64,000 nucleotides of DNA, taken from IMG/VR virus record IMGVR_UViG_3300033068_001655; one strand, 5' to 3'. Under the pieces are notes generated by a model, which saw nothing but the letters and a program-made list of their open reading frames with translations, was not told the origin of the DNA and did not search any database. This DNA is from a virus. Lineage: Duplodnaviria > Heunggongvirae > Uroviricota > Caudoviricetes. Each line of letters begins with the position of its first letter. Within the stretch, counting starts at the first letter, position 1. Shown piece after piece: positions 45,871-56,244 of this stretch. Made by a program: the position numbers and the translations under genes.

Positions 45871-48800
45871 ATGCCATTTATAGATACAAACATAGCACCA
45901 TCTTGGACATATGATGCCAATTTAGGAGGAATTAAAAGAATAGTTCTTAATGATACAAATATTAAATTTATTAAGAATACTGTCAATTCTACTTATAATT
46001 TTACTCAATTAAAAAACTATCAATTTGTTACAGGTATTACAGGTTCTGTTGCATTAGGAACGTTCTCTGTTAGATTTAGACCACCATTTACTACAAATAC
46101 TATTAATTTAAGAAGTAGTGTTTTAACTAATGGGGGAGTAGAATTCTATACATACAATAGTCCTAATAATACTCTAGCATCCAATACACTATTATCATAT
46201 GGCTCTGATAATTCTTTTACACAGTCAGTTATAAAATCTACTAAAGTAAATGAACTTAGTTTTCTTATAAATGGATTTAGAGAGTTTAGTTATTTAGATA
46301 GAGATATTGCAACATCATCTCAACCTAGTGGTTGGTTTTATGGTATTGCACCTGGTGATTTTGATCCTTCCTATAATTTCTTTTTATCTTCATCTACGAG
46401 TTCTATATCACCATCTTACTCTACATTGGGTTCAGGTTTAAACACAGTATCAAATAAGAACTTTATAGCAAAATATATTGAATATGATACATTTAACTTA
46501 GAATATAGTTTTTACACATCAACACCAGTGAATATGAGTATGTATTTACTGACTTTAGATAATTTAGGTACACCAGCAAATTGGGCATCACATATAGTAG
46601 CAACATTTTCAACAACTGGGACTTATAGTAATTTAGGATTAGTGGGTACTAACTATGATGGTACTAAAAATTATTTAGTTTTCTCTTGTGAAGCAGTTTT
46701 TAACACAGGTGTAAATTATACTTTAAATAGTAATGGTGATTCAGTACTAACTGATATTTACTCAAAATTATCTAATATAGAAATCTATGGTACTTATCAT
46801 CCAACTTCTAATAATAGATTGTCATTGACTGATACTACTACAAGTCCAATAGGTCTAAGTATTTCTAATGCTGCTTATTCATATACTTTATTAAACAATG
46901 GTGGAACATTCTCAATTCCATCTAGAATTGGTAACGGCGCATTTAGATCGGGTATATGGGAAAATGGAGTTTGGAATAATGGATGGAGAGATGATACCAA
47001 TACAAAGGATTTTGACGATGTTTATATTTCAGTTTTAACTGCATCTGATGTTTCTTGGAAAATAGAGATTAGAGGGGCAACCACTGCAATTGATGGATTT
47101 GCGACTGGTTCAAATGTTTCAATAGGAAATATCGTTGCAATTGATATAAATGATAATAGAAAACTTTTAAAAGATTATTATCAAATCGAATCACTTGGAG
47201 TTGATGCAGGTGATCCACAAAATGGTGTTGCACCGTATGGTTGGATTAGAGTTAATTTAGATACTTCATTTCCTTATAGAAGAATTGAAAAAGATTCACC
47301 TAATCATAAAATCAAAGTAACTAAGAATATTTGGTTATCAGGTGGTTTCTTTAATGGATATTTCTCTGGTGTTTGGAATAATGGTTTGTTTAAAGGCTAT
47401 CCATTATTGACAGAGATGTTTGATTCACATTGGATTGATGGATTATTTGATGGTGGACATTTTAATTCTACCTATTCTAATAACTATGATTTTATAGGAA
47501 TTGGTCCTAAAGTTGCTTGTAGTAATAATTTTATGGACTTAATTTTTGCATCATCATCCACAACACCTTTTTTACAAGGAGATTATATATTCCTTACCTT
47601 ATATGATATTGGTGAAGTATTTTTAACAGGTTCAGATCTTTATTCAGGGGTATGTCAAATTGTTGATGTTAAAGTAGATACGGAACCTTTAATGTCTGAT
47701 AATAACGGAGGGTTTATTCCAAATCCAAACTTTATGTATCAAACAATAACTATTAATAAAAGATCAATTGGTTTACCAAAATATTTTGATACTAATGCAC
47801 CCGCTGGTTATGCATATAGATATACTGCAACTTCTGTTATTCAAAATTTTAAATTTTATGATAATAATAGATCTAAAATAAAGTCATCTGATAGTCAATT
47901 ATCCAATGCAGTATTTAGTTTTAACTCTTGGATAGATGTAAATTATGATGATACAAGATCAGTAACATTAGGAAGAGATTTTAGAGTATATGAACCACTG
48001 ACAAAAAAGTCTGTTAGTAGAAATAATTTATTTGGTTATCCTACTTATGATATTTTATCAAGTGCTTCTCGTTTCAGAGATAGTAACTCACTAGATACTA
48101 AATTATATAAATTGGGGACAAAATATAAGGTGTTTAATGATTTTATTGGAGATTACTCAAAATTCAATGAACCATTTAGTGATTTAGACTTTGGTAGTTT
48201 TATCAGTGCAGGATGGACATATTCGTATGCAAACACATCTGACTTTAAAATTAAAAGAACTGAAAGTTTAATAACATTAAATGATAGTCAATCAACTGCA
48301 CTTTTAAACTCTGGTGTTACTGGTGACGAATTATATATCACTGCAAGTAATACTGGAATTATTTTAAATAATAGTAATGTAAATATAGAGAAATCTAGAT
48401 ATTCAGTAGTAGAGTTTGATGTAGTAACATATAGTGTTCCCAATACAATTTATACTTATGATAATCCAGATATTTATCAAAAAAGAAGTATTAGTAATGT
48501 AGGACTTTCTTTTAGTGAAACAACTAATACTGTAGATGCTTACATAACAAGTAGTTATAACTTAGTTGGTTCTCCAACATTCTCAGTAGGTGACATTGTA
48601 GTAATGGTTGATATATATGGTGATGTACCAGGAACTACAATTAATTTAAAGGCACCTAATGGTAAAATTGTGAATCTTAAAAAAGTAGGTACTGGTTTAG
48701 GTAGTAGAATGAATCAAACTAGATTTAGTTTTAGAGATATTTATGATAGATTTTCTTATATTACTACTCCATATAGTTTAAATAACACAACAATAGCATA

Positions 48801-51096
48801 TTCTGATACTTATCAAATGGATAAAGAAATCGGACAGGGAAATATAGCACCATTTTTATCTAATACTACTTTATTATCAGACTTAGTTTATACTAATGGA
48901 GTTCCTACTATTTATGGTACATGGACTTTATTTATAAAGTATAATCCACTTGCAGTAAATGTTTGTGATTTAGTTAATTGGTCTATTGATATACAATATA
49001 AACACTTAATTATTGAGGATAATGAACCAACTGTGTCATTCCCTATATTGAATTTTAACAATCTTAATTATGATATAACAACTCAATTGTCATGGTATGA
49101 TGATGTACAAATTTATAAAAGAATGAACTATCTACCTATACAAAATAATGTTAATCATTTATTGACACAAAATACATTTAGATTAGACTCTGTTGAATTA
49201 GCAACTCCTGCTAGATGGGGTGGCTTTGGTAAAAATCAAAAAACTAAAAAGTATGAGTATTTCTATAATAAAACTGATATGATGTTAAGTATCAATGGAA
49301 ATGGTGCAACTGGTGGTAGTACATCAATGGTTATATTAGATAATCTTAATATGTATGAGGTTGATATGATTCCATTCTTTAAATACTTTGATACACCTAA
49401 TATTTATAAAGGTGTTGTATTTCCTTATATTGGAATATCACCTGAAATAGATTACACAAATTCAGACTTTGTATTTATTGACAATATTACAATTGGTTTA
49501 GATAGTATTAACCCAGTGGCAGTTGATACTACATTTATTGATTGTGGGACTGCATCATCTGCAACTCTACAACTTAGTGCAAGTATAAATGGATTAGTCA
49601 CACCACCACTTTCTTGGACTACATCATCATACCAGTTTGTAAATATGTCAAATAGTAATACACCTGGTTCAGTAACTTGTTCTACAACATTTGATTCGAT
49701 CAGTTGGACTATTACCCCGTTATTATCTGGATTACCTCCAGTTACAATTTCTAATGCAAATAGTTTATATCCATCAGTATTAGGGTTGACTGCAAGTGGT
49801 GAATATAGTGTAGAGATTACAAGTCTAATTAAAAATGGACCACCATCTCAAGCAATTGGTTTACTTAATAATGGTGTATCAATTAAAGCAACTATTAAAG
49901 TGAATCCTAAACCGACTACAATAATTAATATTCAACCATTGGCACTACAATTTGATTTTGTACCTGGTGATGCAGTATCTCATATTATAGATGAGACTAA
50001 CTTATTGAATAATTACTCAAATAGTAATAATAATAATCCAAGTGCATTTGTTATAGAAAGTTTACCAATTGGAAGTTTATTTTATAATGGTGTGTCAATC
50101 ACATCAGTTCCTTTTGGACCTATCGCAATTGTAAGTGGTTCTATACCTGGTTTATTGTATTACCCAGAGGGTAATCCGCCATTAGTTCCACAAGCAGCTT
50201 CTTTTAGTACATCATTCGACTATACAATTATTGATAATGAGAATAATCCTTATACTACAACAATGCTAATTGTTGCTACAATACTACCTTCTACTATAAT
50301 AGTAGATACACCATTATCTAAATCGATAAATTATAGTTTTAATGAAAGTAATTTACAAGCAACAAAATACTTTAATGAGGTTGATTTAGTTCAAAATTAC
50401 ATTAATACTCCTAATGGTACACCTGCGAATCATATTAAAATTTATAGTGTACCATCAACAGGTGAGTTATCATATAATGGTACCCTAGTGTCTGTAAATG
50501 ATGTAATACCTTATATTGATCTAATTAGTGGTGCTCACTTTGCTTATCATCCACAAGGAATAAACCGTTTAGATACTACAGGTGGTAATTTTAATACAAC
50601 ATTCACATATACTGTATTAGATCCTCAGTCTAATGAAAGTAACTTAGTTACTTTTACTTTAAACTGTACTCAAATTTTAGTAATAAATGGATTTACATTA
50701 GGTCCATATGGTACTATGTATAATCCAGGAGGATTATCAGGAGGTAATACAAGTCATGACTTACTTTTAGGATATCCTTCAAATACGGCAATACTAAAAT
50801 GGAAGGCAACATATACATTAGTTGCTGAAACATATACAGATGCAAGAGTTGCATTTTCTACAAATGATTCTACACCTGCAGTGGTAACGTTGTGGTATGA
50901 TTTTAATGAGGTTAATGGACAAACACCAGGTATTCATTATACAGCTTGGAGAACACTAATACCTTCTTCTGCGGTATATGGTAATCCTATTTCTTGTTTA
51001 TTAAGAAGTAACAATGGACATACTATAACAATTACTGTACAAGCATTAGATTCAAGTAATAATATCCTAGGAACTTATACATTTACATCACCATAA
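45871..51096 (+). CDS. Giant (1741 aa) fibre/adhesin-like protein sharing the W-x-N-G repeats
   Basis: IWENGVWNNGW, WLSGGFFNGYFSGVWNNGLFKG, WIDGLFDGGHF repeats; TAATATATAGTTT directly upstream of the ATG. Confidence 0.6.
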   Translation: MPFIDTNIAPSWTYDANLGGIKRIVLNDTNIKFIKNTVNSTYNFTQLKNYQFVTGITGSVALGTFSVRFRPPFTTNTINLRSSVLTNGGVEFYTYNSPNNTLASNTLLSYGSDNSFTQSVIKSTKVNELSFLINGFREFSYLDRDIATSSQPSGWFYGIAPGDFDPSYNFFLSSSTSSISPSYSTLGSGLNTVSNKNFIAKYIEYDTFNLEYSFYTSTPVNMSMYLLTLDNLGTPANWASHIVATFSTTGTYSNLGLVGTNYDGTKNYLVFSCEAVFNTGVNYTLNSNGDSVLTDIYSKLSNIEIYGTYHPTSNNRLSLTDTTTSPIGLSISNAAYSYTLLNNGGTFSIPSRIGNGAFRSGIWENGVWNNGWRDDTNTKDFDDVYISVLTASDVSWKIEIRGATTAIDGFATGSNVSIGNIVAIDINDNRKLLKDYYQIESLGVDAGDPQNGVAPYGWIRVNLDTSFPYRRIEKDSPNHKIKVTKNIWLSGGFFNGYFSGVWNNGLFKGYPLLTEMFDSHWIDGLFDGGHFNSTYSNNYDFIGIGPKVACSNNFMDLIFASSSTTPFLQGDYIFLTLYDIGEVFLTGSDLYSGVCQIVDVKVDTEPLMSDNNGGFIPNPNFMYQTITINKRSIGLPKYFDTNAPAGYAYRYTATSVIQNFKFYDNNRSKIKSSDSQLSNAVFSFNSWIDVNYDDTRSVTLGRDFRVYEPLTKKSVSRNNLFGYPTYDILSSASRFRDSNSLDTKLYKLGTKYKVFNDFIGDYSKFNEPFSDLDFGSFISAGWTYSYANTSDFKIKRTESLITLNDSQSTALLNSGVTGDELYITASNTGIILNNSNVNIEKSRYSVVEFDVVTYSVPNTIYTYDNPDIYQKRSISNVGLSFSETTNTVDAYITSSYNLVGSPTFSVGDIVVMVDIYGDVPGTTINLKAPNGKIVNLKKVGTGLGSRMNQTRFSFRDIYDRFSYITTPYSLNNTTIAYSDTYQMDKEIGQGNIAPFLSNTTLLSDLVYTNGVPTIYGTWTLFIKYNPLAVNVCDLVNWSIDIQYKHLIIEDNEPTVSFPILNFNNLNYDITTQLSWYDDVQIYKRMNYLPIQNNVNHLLTQNTFRLDSVELATPARWGGFGKNQKTKKYEYFYNKTDMMLSINGNGATGGSTSMVILDNLNMYEVDMIPFFKYFDTPNIYKGVVFPYIGISPEIDYTNSDFVFIDNITIGLDSINPVAVDTTFIDCGTASSATLQLSASINGLVTPPLSWTTSSYQFVNMSNSNTPGSVTCSTTFDSISWTITPLLSGLPPVTISNANSLYPSVLGLTASGEYSVEITSLIKNGPPSQAIGLLNNGVSIKATIKVNPKPTTIINIQPLALQFDFVPGDAVSHIIDETNLLNNYSNSNNNNPSAFVIESLPIGSLFYNGVSITSVPFGPIAIVSGSIPGLLYYPEGNPPLVPQAASFSTSFDYTIIDNENNPYTTTMLIVATILPSTIIVDTPLSKSINYSFNESNLQATKYFNEVDLVQNYINTPNGTPANHIKIYSVPSTGELSYNGTLVSVNDVIPYIDLISGAHFAYHPQGINRLDTTGGNFNTTFTYTVLDPQSNESNLVTFTLNCTQILVINGFTLGPYGTMYNPGGLSGGNTSHDLLLGYPSNTAILKWKATYTLVAETYTDARVAFSTNDSTPAVVTLWYDFNEVNGQTPGIHYTAWRTLIPSSAVYGNPISCLLRSNNGHTITITVQALDSSNNILGTYTFTSP

Positions 51097-51809
51097 TCTC
51101 TAATTAGAAGTAGATATCCAACTTTACCTGGCTCTGTTTTAGAACAGTGACCCATTGCATCAATCTTGGTTTCATCACCAGTTAGTTTGATCTTAGTAAG
51201 TTTTTGTTTCCCTAAAATACGTCTTTCTCCTTTACAAGTTGTACAAGGGTTTAAGCCTACTTTTCCTTTACCAAAACAGAATGGACAATCTTGATCTCTA
51301 TATTTTCCAGTACCTTCACATAAATCACATCCATCTTCTGAATCAAATATCTTTAATATGTTACCATCATTATCTTTAATTAAGATTTTAGAAGAAAGAT
51401 CTTTTCCAGTACCATCACAAGGTTTACAACGAACCCATCTTTCATACTCTACTGTTCCATCAAAAGTATCATCTACCTTTAGATAGATATTATAGATTTC
51501 GTTTTTCTTAAATTGTTCATATTTATCTTTAGTATCATCATGTGAATAATCAAAGTTTGTTTCAAAAAGTTCATAGTATTCGTTATAACAATTACCAAAT
51601 TTACTTTTTTTATCATAATCTTCTCTTTCTTCTCCACAAAGGACATCATATGCTTCTGTCATTTCACCAAAAATAACTGCATCAGACTCTTTATTATTTT
51701 TATCAGGATGTAGTATCTTGGCATTGTTATAGTATGCTTTTTTAATTTCTTTTAATGTTGAATCTTTTGAAATTCCAAGTATTAGGTAATAATTTTTATT
51801 TAGGTTCAT
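51075..51809 (-). CDS. DnaJ-like co-chaperone (J domain + CxxCxGxG zinc finger)
   Basis: YYLILGISKDSTLKEIKKAY...LHPDKN (HPD motif); CKPCDGTGK, CDLCEGTGK, CPFCFGKGK, CTTCKGE repeats. Confidence 0.7.
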   Translation of the reverse strand: MNLNKNYYLILGISKDSTLKEIKKAYYNNAKILHPDKNNKESDAVIFGEMTEAYDVLCGEEREDYDKKSKFGNCYNEYYELFETNFDYSHDDTKDKYEQFKKNEIYNIYLKVDDTFDGTVEYERWVRCKPCDGTGKDLSSKILIKDNDGNILKIFDSEDGCDLCEGTGKYRDQDCPFCFGKGKVGLNPCTTCKGERRILGKQKLTKIKLTGDETKIDAMGHCSKTEPGKVGYLLLIRDYGDVNV

Positions 51810-52440
51810 ATTTTATATATTTTTTTAGATTATCTAGAGCCCATAATGCTTGAAAATTGGTGTAGTGATTTAACTCAATTGCCTCTTCATAAGTTTTTGC
51901 CATAGATATTGGTTTTATATGATCGAAATGCCATTCTCCATGGTTTTCTAATGTCATACCTTCAGTAAAAGTTGATTTAATATGAATTATAAATTCTTCT
52001 ATTGAACATCCTATTATAATTGAAGTTTTTGTTTTCTTTTTATAATTTAGACTTTTTATAGATGATCTTATAGTGTTTCTAATTAGTCTAGTCATTCTAT
52101 AAACCTCATCTTTTGATCTTTTTTTCTCTGACTTTCTTTTTATTTCATTAGACCTCTCTCTATTATTAGAGACCCATTCTTTCAAATAATTAGGATTTTC
52201 TTCAAAGAATTTATCTCTTGCTCTTTTTGTTATTTCTGGATTTTGTAATTTATAAATTTTACTTTTTTCTCTTAAAATATCTCTATTTTTTTCTCTATAT
52301 TTCCTAGAAGATTCTTTTTTTCTACATTTTTTACAAATAAATCCATTCTTTGTAAAAAATTCTTCATCTAATTCAACGATACAAGTAATGCAGGTTTTCA
52401 TAAAGCTAATATTTTTATAATATATATTAATATATGGCAA
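51796..52440 (-). CDS. HNH-family nuclease with N-terminal zinc ribbon
   Basis: CITC...CKKC N-terminus; C-terminal EWHFDHIKPIS...NFQALWALDNLKK HNH-like motif. Confidence 0.45.
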   Translation of the reverse strand: MPYINIYYKNISFMKTCITCIVELDEEFFTKNGFICKKCRKKESSRKYREKNRDILREKSKIYKLQNPEITKRARDKFFEENPNYLKEWVSNNRERSNEIKRKSEKKRSKDEVYRMTRLIRNTIRSSIKSLNYKKKTKTSIIIGCSIEEFIIHIKSTFTEGMTLENHGEWHFDHIKPISMAKTYEEAIELNHYTNFQALWALDNLKKYIKYEPK

Positions 52441-52456
52441 CCACCTTTATCATATT

Positions 52457-52663
52457 TTATTTAGATTCATCTATTAGTTCATTTATTTTTTCTTGTAGAA
52501 TTGGAAAATCATAATTTAAAACTATATCTGATATTTCTTCTGAAAAATCATCCTCAAATACTAAGCAATCTGTGTTTTCAATAAATTGAATTAAGCTTGG
52601 TAATCCTTTTTGATATACGTTTAAAATTTTTTCCTTACTTAAATAACGTTTATTACTTCCCAT
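52457..52663 (-). CDS. Hypothetical small protein
   Basis: 68-aa ORF. Confidence 0.35.
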   Translation of the reverse strand: MGSNKRYLSKEKILNVYQKGLPSLIQFIENTDCLVFEDDFSEEISDIVLNYDFPILQEKINELIDESK

Positions 52664-52809
52664 ATTTTTTCTAATTTATTTATTTTTTTAATTCTTCTAA
52701 GTTTTCTATACTCTATATTATTCATTCCTCTTGGACCTGGCCAGCCTTGTGGTCCGGTTACACCTATTGGACCAACCAAGCCAGTTGGTCCAGATATACT
52801 ATTATTCAT
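52639..52809 (-). CDS. Small ORF (56 aa) with a collagen-like (G-X-Y)7 run
   Basis: MNNSISGPTGLVGPIGVTGPQGWPGPRGMNNIEY... Hand-translated; overlaps the previous ORF by ~23 nt in another frame; not in the track. Confidence 0.3.
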   Translation of the reverse strand: MNNSISGPTGLVGPIGVTGPQGWPGPRGMNNIEYRKLRRIKKINKLEKIWEVINVI

Positions 52810-52823
52810 ATTTTTAAAAAAGT

Positions 52824-54521
52824 TTAGTGTTCATATTGTACTTCTTCGATAGAAGAAAATACTTCTTTATTTATCTTGATAATTCTATCAAACATCTCTT
52901 GATTCAAAATAGCATGATGTACAACAAATATATTGATGTTATAATCATTTGCAAACGATTTAAGAAGTAATAATATAGAATCTATACCTTCGATGTCAAT
53001 AGAGGAAAATACCTCGTCTAAGAACAATATATTGATATGTTTCTTAGTTCTAATCAATTTTAAGTAAGCAATTAAAATAGCAATGTTTACTTTTTTAGAT
53101 TCACCAGTACTTAATGAATCATGTTCAACTACTGAACCTAATGATCTAATCTCTGAACTAAATGTTTCATCTAATTTTACTTCAAATGGTAACCCCATTT
53201 TCTTAATATTTTCTGAAATAAAGTGATTGATAGGTTTAATAATACCTGCAATAATAGACTTCTTGGCACCATCTTCACTGAATACTCTAGTAAGCTCTTT
53301 ATAGTAAAGTTCTTTTTCTTTACAAATAGTTACATTATCATGACTCACTGTTTTTTTAGAACTTAAATCGTCAATAGTTTTTTGAAACTCTTGAATATTT
53401 ACTGACTCACCAGTCTCTTTTGATTTCTTAATATTAAGATTATCAATTTGTGTTTTGTAACTTCTAAGTAAATAGTTTAAATCATTAAAAGAATTATTTG
53501 TACTTTCTGCAATCGTTTTTAATTTGGTTTGTTTTTCTTTAATAGATTTAATATTATCTTCAATTTCTTTTTGAACCGCTTCAAAACCTTCTTTTTTCTC
53601 TACTAAACTAGCTCTTAATGAAATAAAGTGATCAGAATTAAAGTCAGTACTGCATGTTGGACATTTTCCAGAGTCGTATAATCTAATTTCTCTTTGAACA
53701 TTTGTAACCTCATTTTGTGTACTACTTAGTTGTCTTCTCTCAACATCAAGTTCGTCTGTAAGTATTTTCTCTTTTTCTTTAATCTTATCTACTTTTTCTT
53801 TAAGAAGTTTATAATCTTCTTTTTTAGAGTTCATTTCTTCGGTAAGTGAATCAATTTCTTGTTGAATATTCTCTTTTTCTTTCTCAATCGCTTTTTCAAT
53901 TGACTTTTGAATAGAACTAATAGAGTCTTCTAATGTTCTTATTTCAGAATCTAATGAGGTCATTCTTAATTTATTATTCTTATTTATATCTTTAAGAATT
54001 CCATTTAAAATATTGATAACTTCTAAATTAAATAACTTATCTAATAACAATTGTTTTTCCTCGTTTGTCAAGGAAATAAAGTTTTTAAAGTCATTGATTG
54101 ACATTGAGATAAATGATTTAAAAGTTTCTATATCTAACCCGATATACTTTTCGATTTTATCATCAATATTGGCTTTACCTGCTCTTTCATTTGGAATACC
54201 ATTTTCAATCAATTCTAATACTGCTGGAGAAATTCCTCTTTTGATTTCTACATCTGTTCCATTTGAGATAAATTTTATACGATTTAATAGTTCACCGTTG
54301 ATTCGGTTAGGCAACGAAGATAGTTTGTGCCATTTTTTTGCTTTCCCAGATTTTACTTTTCCGTAAATAGCATATTCAAAGGATTCAAGTAATGAAGACT
54401 TACCATTACCGTTGTTTCCTACAAGAAGTACTAATTCTCCTTTTTCTGTGTTTAATTTTAATACTTGTTCATTGTTTCCAAAAGATTTATAACCTCTGAT
54501 TCCTATTTCACTAATTAACAT
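52824..54521 (-). CDS. SbcC/Rad50-like recombination ATPase (T4 gp46-like), 565 aa
   Basis: Walker A LLVGNNGNGKSSLLE, long coiled coil with CPTC zinc hook, Walker B/D-loop ILFLDEVFSSID. Confidence 0.7.
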   Translation of the reverse strand: MLISEIGIRGYKSFGNNEQVLKLNTEKGELVLLVGNNGNGKSSLLESFEYAIYGKVKSGKAKKWHKLSSLPNRINGELLNRIKFISNGTDVEIKRGISPAVLELIENGIPNERAGKANIDDKIEKYIGLDIETFKSFISMSINDFKNFISLTNEEKQLLLDKLFNLEVINILNGILKDINKNNKLRMTSLDSEIRTLEDSISSIQKSIEKAIEKEKENIQQEIDSLTEEMNSKKEDYKLLKEKVDKIKEKEKILTDELDVERRQLSSTQNEVTNVQREIRLYDSGKCPTCSTDFNSDHFISLRASLVEKKEGFEAVQKEIEDNIKSIKEKQTKLKTIAESTNNSFNDLNYLLRSYKTQIDNLNIKKSKETGESVNIQEFQKTIDDLSSKKTVSHDNVTICKEKELYYKELTRVFSEDGAKKSIIAGIIKPINHFISENIKKMGLPFEVKLDETFSSEIRSLGSVVEHDSLSTGESKKVNIAILIAYLKLIRTKKHINILFLDEVFSSIDIEGIDSILLLLKSFANDYNINIFVVHHAILNQEMFDRIIKINKEVFSSIEEVQYEH

Positions 54522-54653
54522 TTAATAAATAATATTTCTTATTTATATGAAAAAAGACTATATTGTTTATATAGTCTTTTTAAATAATCTTTGTATTTTA
54601 ATAATACGTTTGTATTTTTTTTGGAAATTTACATAATGTGGCAGTGGCATAGT

Positions 54654-54941
54654 TTATTCTTCATTTTTTAAATATTCAGATACATCTACTGGATCTAACC
54701 TTGTTATCATTTCATCGTAAGGTACAACTTTGTTCATTAGTTCTAAAACTAAATTGTTATATCCAAACCATTCTTCTATTTCTCCGATTATCTCTTCAAG
54801 TTTTTCGTCAATAGTTAAAGTGACAAAATTTTCTTTATAGAAAAAAGTGGCATCGTAATACTCATCTTCATAATTCAATGAAATAAGTACTAAAACACCA
54901 TCTTCAAATTTTCCTAAATATTCAATTATATCAAAGGTCAT
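54654..54941 (-). CDS. Hypothetical small protein
   Basis: 95-aa ORF. Confidence 0.35.
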   Translation of the reverse strand: MTFDIIEYLGKFEDGVLVLISLNYEDEYYDATFFYKENFVTLTIDEKLEEIIGEIEEWFGYNNLVLELMNKVVPYDEMITRLDPVDVSEYLKNEE

Positions 54942-55237
54942 TATCCTAATATACTCACAATTTTTTCTTCTCTTTCTTCTTGAGTCACATGTTTTAAGAA
55001 GTCACCTTTAATTAAAGTATTCATAAGTGATTGTGCTTCTTTTTTATTATTCAACGAAACAGCAGTAACAAGATCTCTATAGTATTTATGTATGTTTTGT
55101 CTTTCATCTTCATTTATTAAAAATGATACCTTTTTAAGGTCTAAGTAATAATCTTCTATATTCATAATTCTATTATAATTTTTGTCCAACAACAAATTCA
55201 ATTTTTTTGAATTTATCATCAGTATCGGTAAAAACAA
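54941..55237 (-). CDS. Hypothetical small protein
   Basis: 98-aa ORF. Confidence 0.35.
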   Translation of the reverse strand: MFLPILMINSKKLNLLLDKNYNRIMNIEDYYLDLKKVSFLINEDERQNIHKYYRDLVTAVSLNNKKEAQSLMNTLIKGDFLKHVTQEEREEKIVSILG

Positions 55238-55445
55238 TTTGTATTTTTTCTACATCAACAAACTCTTTTGCTTCTCCAGAAAATTCATTTACCATTACAT
55301 CTTTTTTGTAGATTACATCAATTCCAGGCTCTTCTCCTAAAAATCTACGCATATCTTCTTTAATTTGTGAGATTTTCCAATCATCATTCACAAAATCAAT
55401 CTTTGAAATATATTCTCTAATTGAAAATTCTTTAAGTGAACTCAT
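55173..55445 (-). CDS. Hypothetical small protein
   Basis: 90-aa ORF that overlaps its neighbour; true start uncertain. Confidence 0.3.
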   Translation of the reverse strand: MSSLKEFSIREYISKIDFVNDDWKISQIKEDMRRFLGEEPGIDVIYKKDVMVNEFSGEAKEFVDVEKIQIVFTDTDDKFKKIEFVVGQKL

Positions 55446-55477
55446 ATATTCTTTTTTATTTTATATCTTATTTAACC

Positions 55478-55810
55478 TTAAAAGTTTGGATTATCTAGGT
55501 AATAAGTATTATGTTCTGTAATGAACTCGAAGTTATCGTGTAAAGTCTTACAATAACCTTTAAAAGCATGTACATCTTCTTCGTTTAGTTTAAACCATTC
55601 ACCTCTTACTTTTTTAGTTTTAAAAATTCGGTGTAAACTACTTTCTATTTTAGTCCCCCATTTTGATTTAAACGAGTCAACTAAGTAAAGGTCCGCGGCA
55701 TTTCCAGTTCTAAATTCTTTCAGCCTTGTTTCAATTTTTCTTTTAGTGAAGCCTATCTTATGTAGTTTTTCACCATCTATATCAGCACAAATTAAGTAAA
55801 TGTTCGTCAT
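55478..55810 (-). CDS. T5orf172-domain (GIY-YIG-like) protein
   Basis: IYLICADIDGEKLHKIGFTKRKIETRLKEF...GEWFKL matches the T5orf172/MUG113 pattern. Confidence 0.5.
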   Translation of the reverse strand: MTNIYLICADIDGEKLHKIGFTKRKIETRLKEFRTGNAADLYLVDSFKSKWGTKIESSLHRIFKTKKVRGEWFKLNEEDVHAFKGYCKTLHDNFEFITEHNTYYLDNPNF

Positions 55811-55821
55811 AGAAGTATATA

Positions 55822-56244
55822 TTACTTCTTCTTGACTCTCTTTTTTACTTTTTTAATAGGTTTAACGACTGGTTTTTTATAGATCTCAACTAAAGTATCA
55901 CCATAATTGACTTTTTCATAGTAATATTTAACAGATACAAAATTATTTTTTCTGTCTATTTCTAATCTACCGGTTACTTTAATATTTCTTATATCTACTA
56001 TATAAGGTCCATTTTTAAGTTTTTTATAGTTTTTTAGAATAAAGTCACAAACCTCTGCTCTTATAAGAGGTCTTGATTTATAGTTAGAGTAGACAATCAT
56101 TGAATCACCAATTCTACTTACGTATTCCATACCATCATAACCATAGTTATAGTATTCTATCTTTTGTTGTGAATAGGTAAAAGTGGTAATAAATAATAGT
56201 AATAATATTTTAATTTTTTCTAACATAGTATCAATCATTTTCAA
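55822..56244 (-). CDS. Hypothetical secreted/membrane-anchored protein
   Basis: N-terminal hydrophobic signal-like segment ILLLLFITTFTYSQQ and a basic C-terminal tail. Confidence 0.4.
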   Translation of the reverse strand: MKMIDTMLEKIKILLLLFITTFTYSQQKIEYYNYGYDGMEYVSRIGDSMIVYSNYKSRPLIRAEVCDFILKNYKKLKNGPYIVDIRNIKVTGRLEIDRKNNFVSVKYYYEKVNYGDTLVEIYKKPVVKPIKKVKKRVKKK

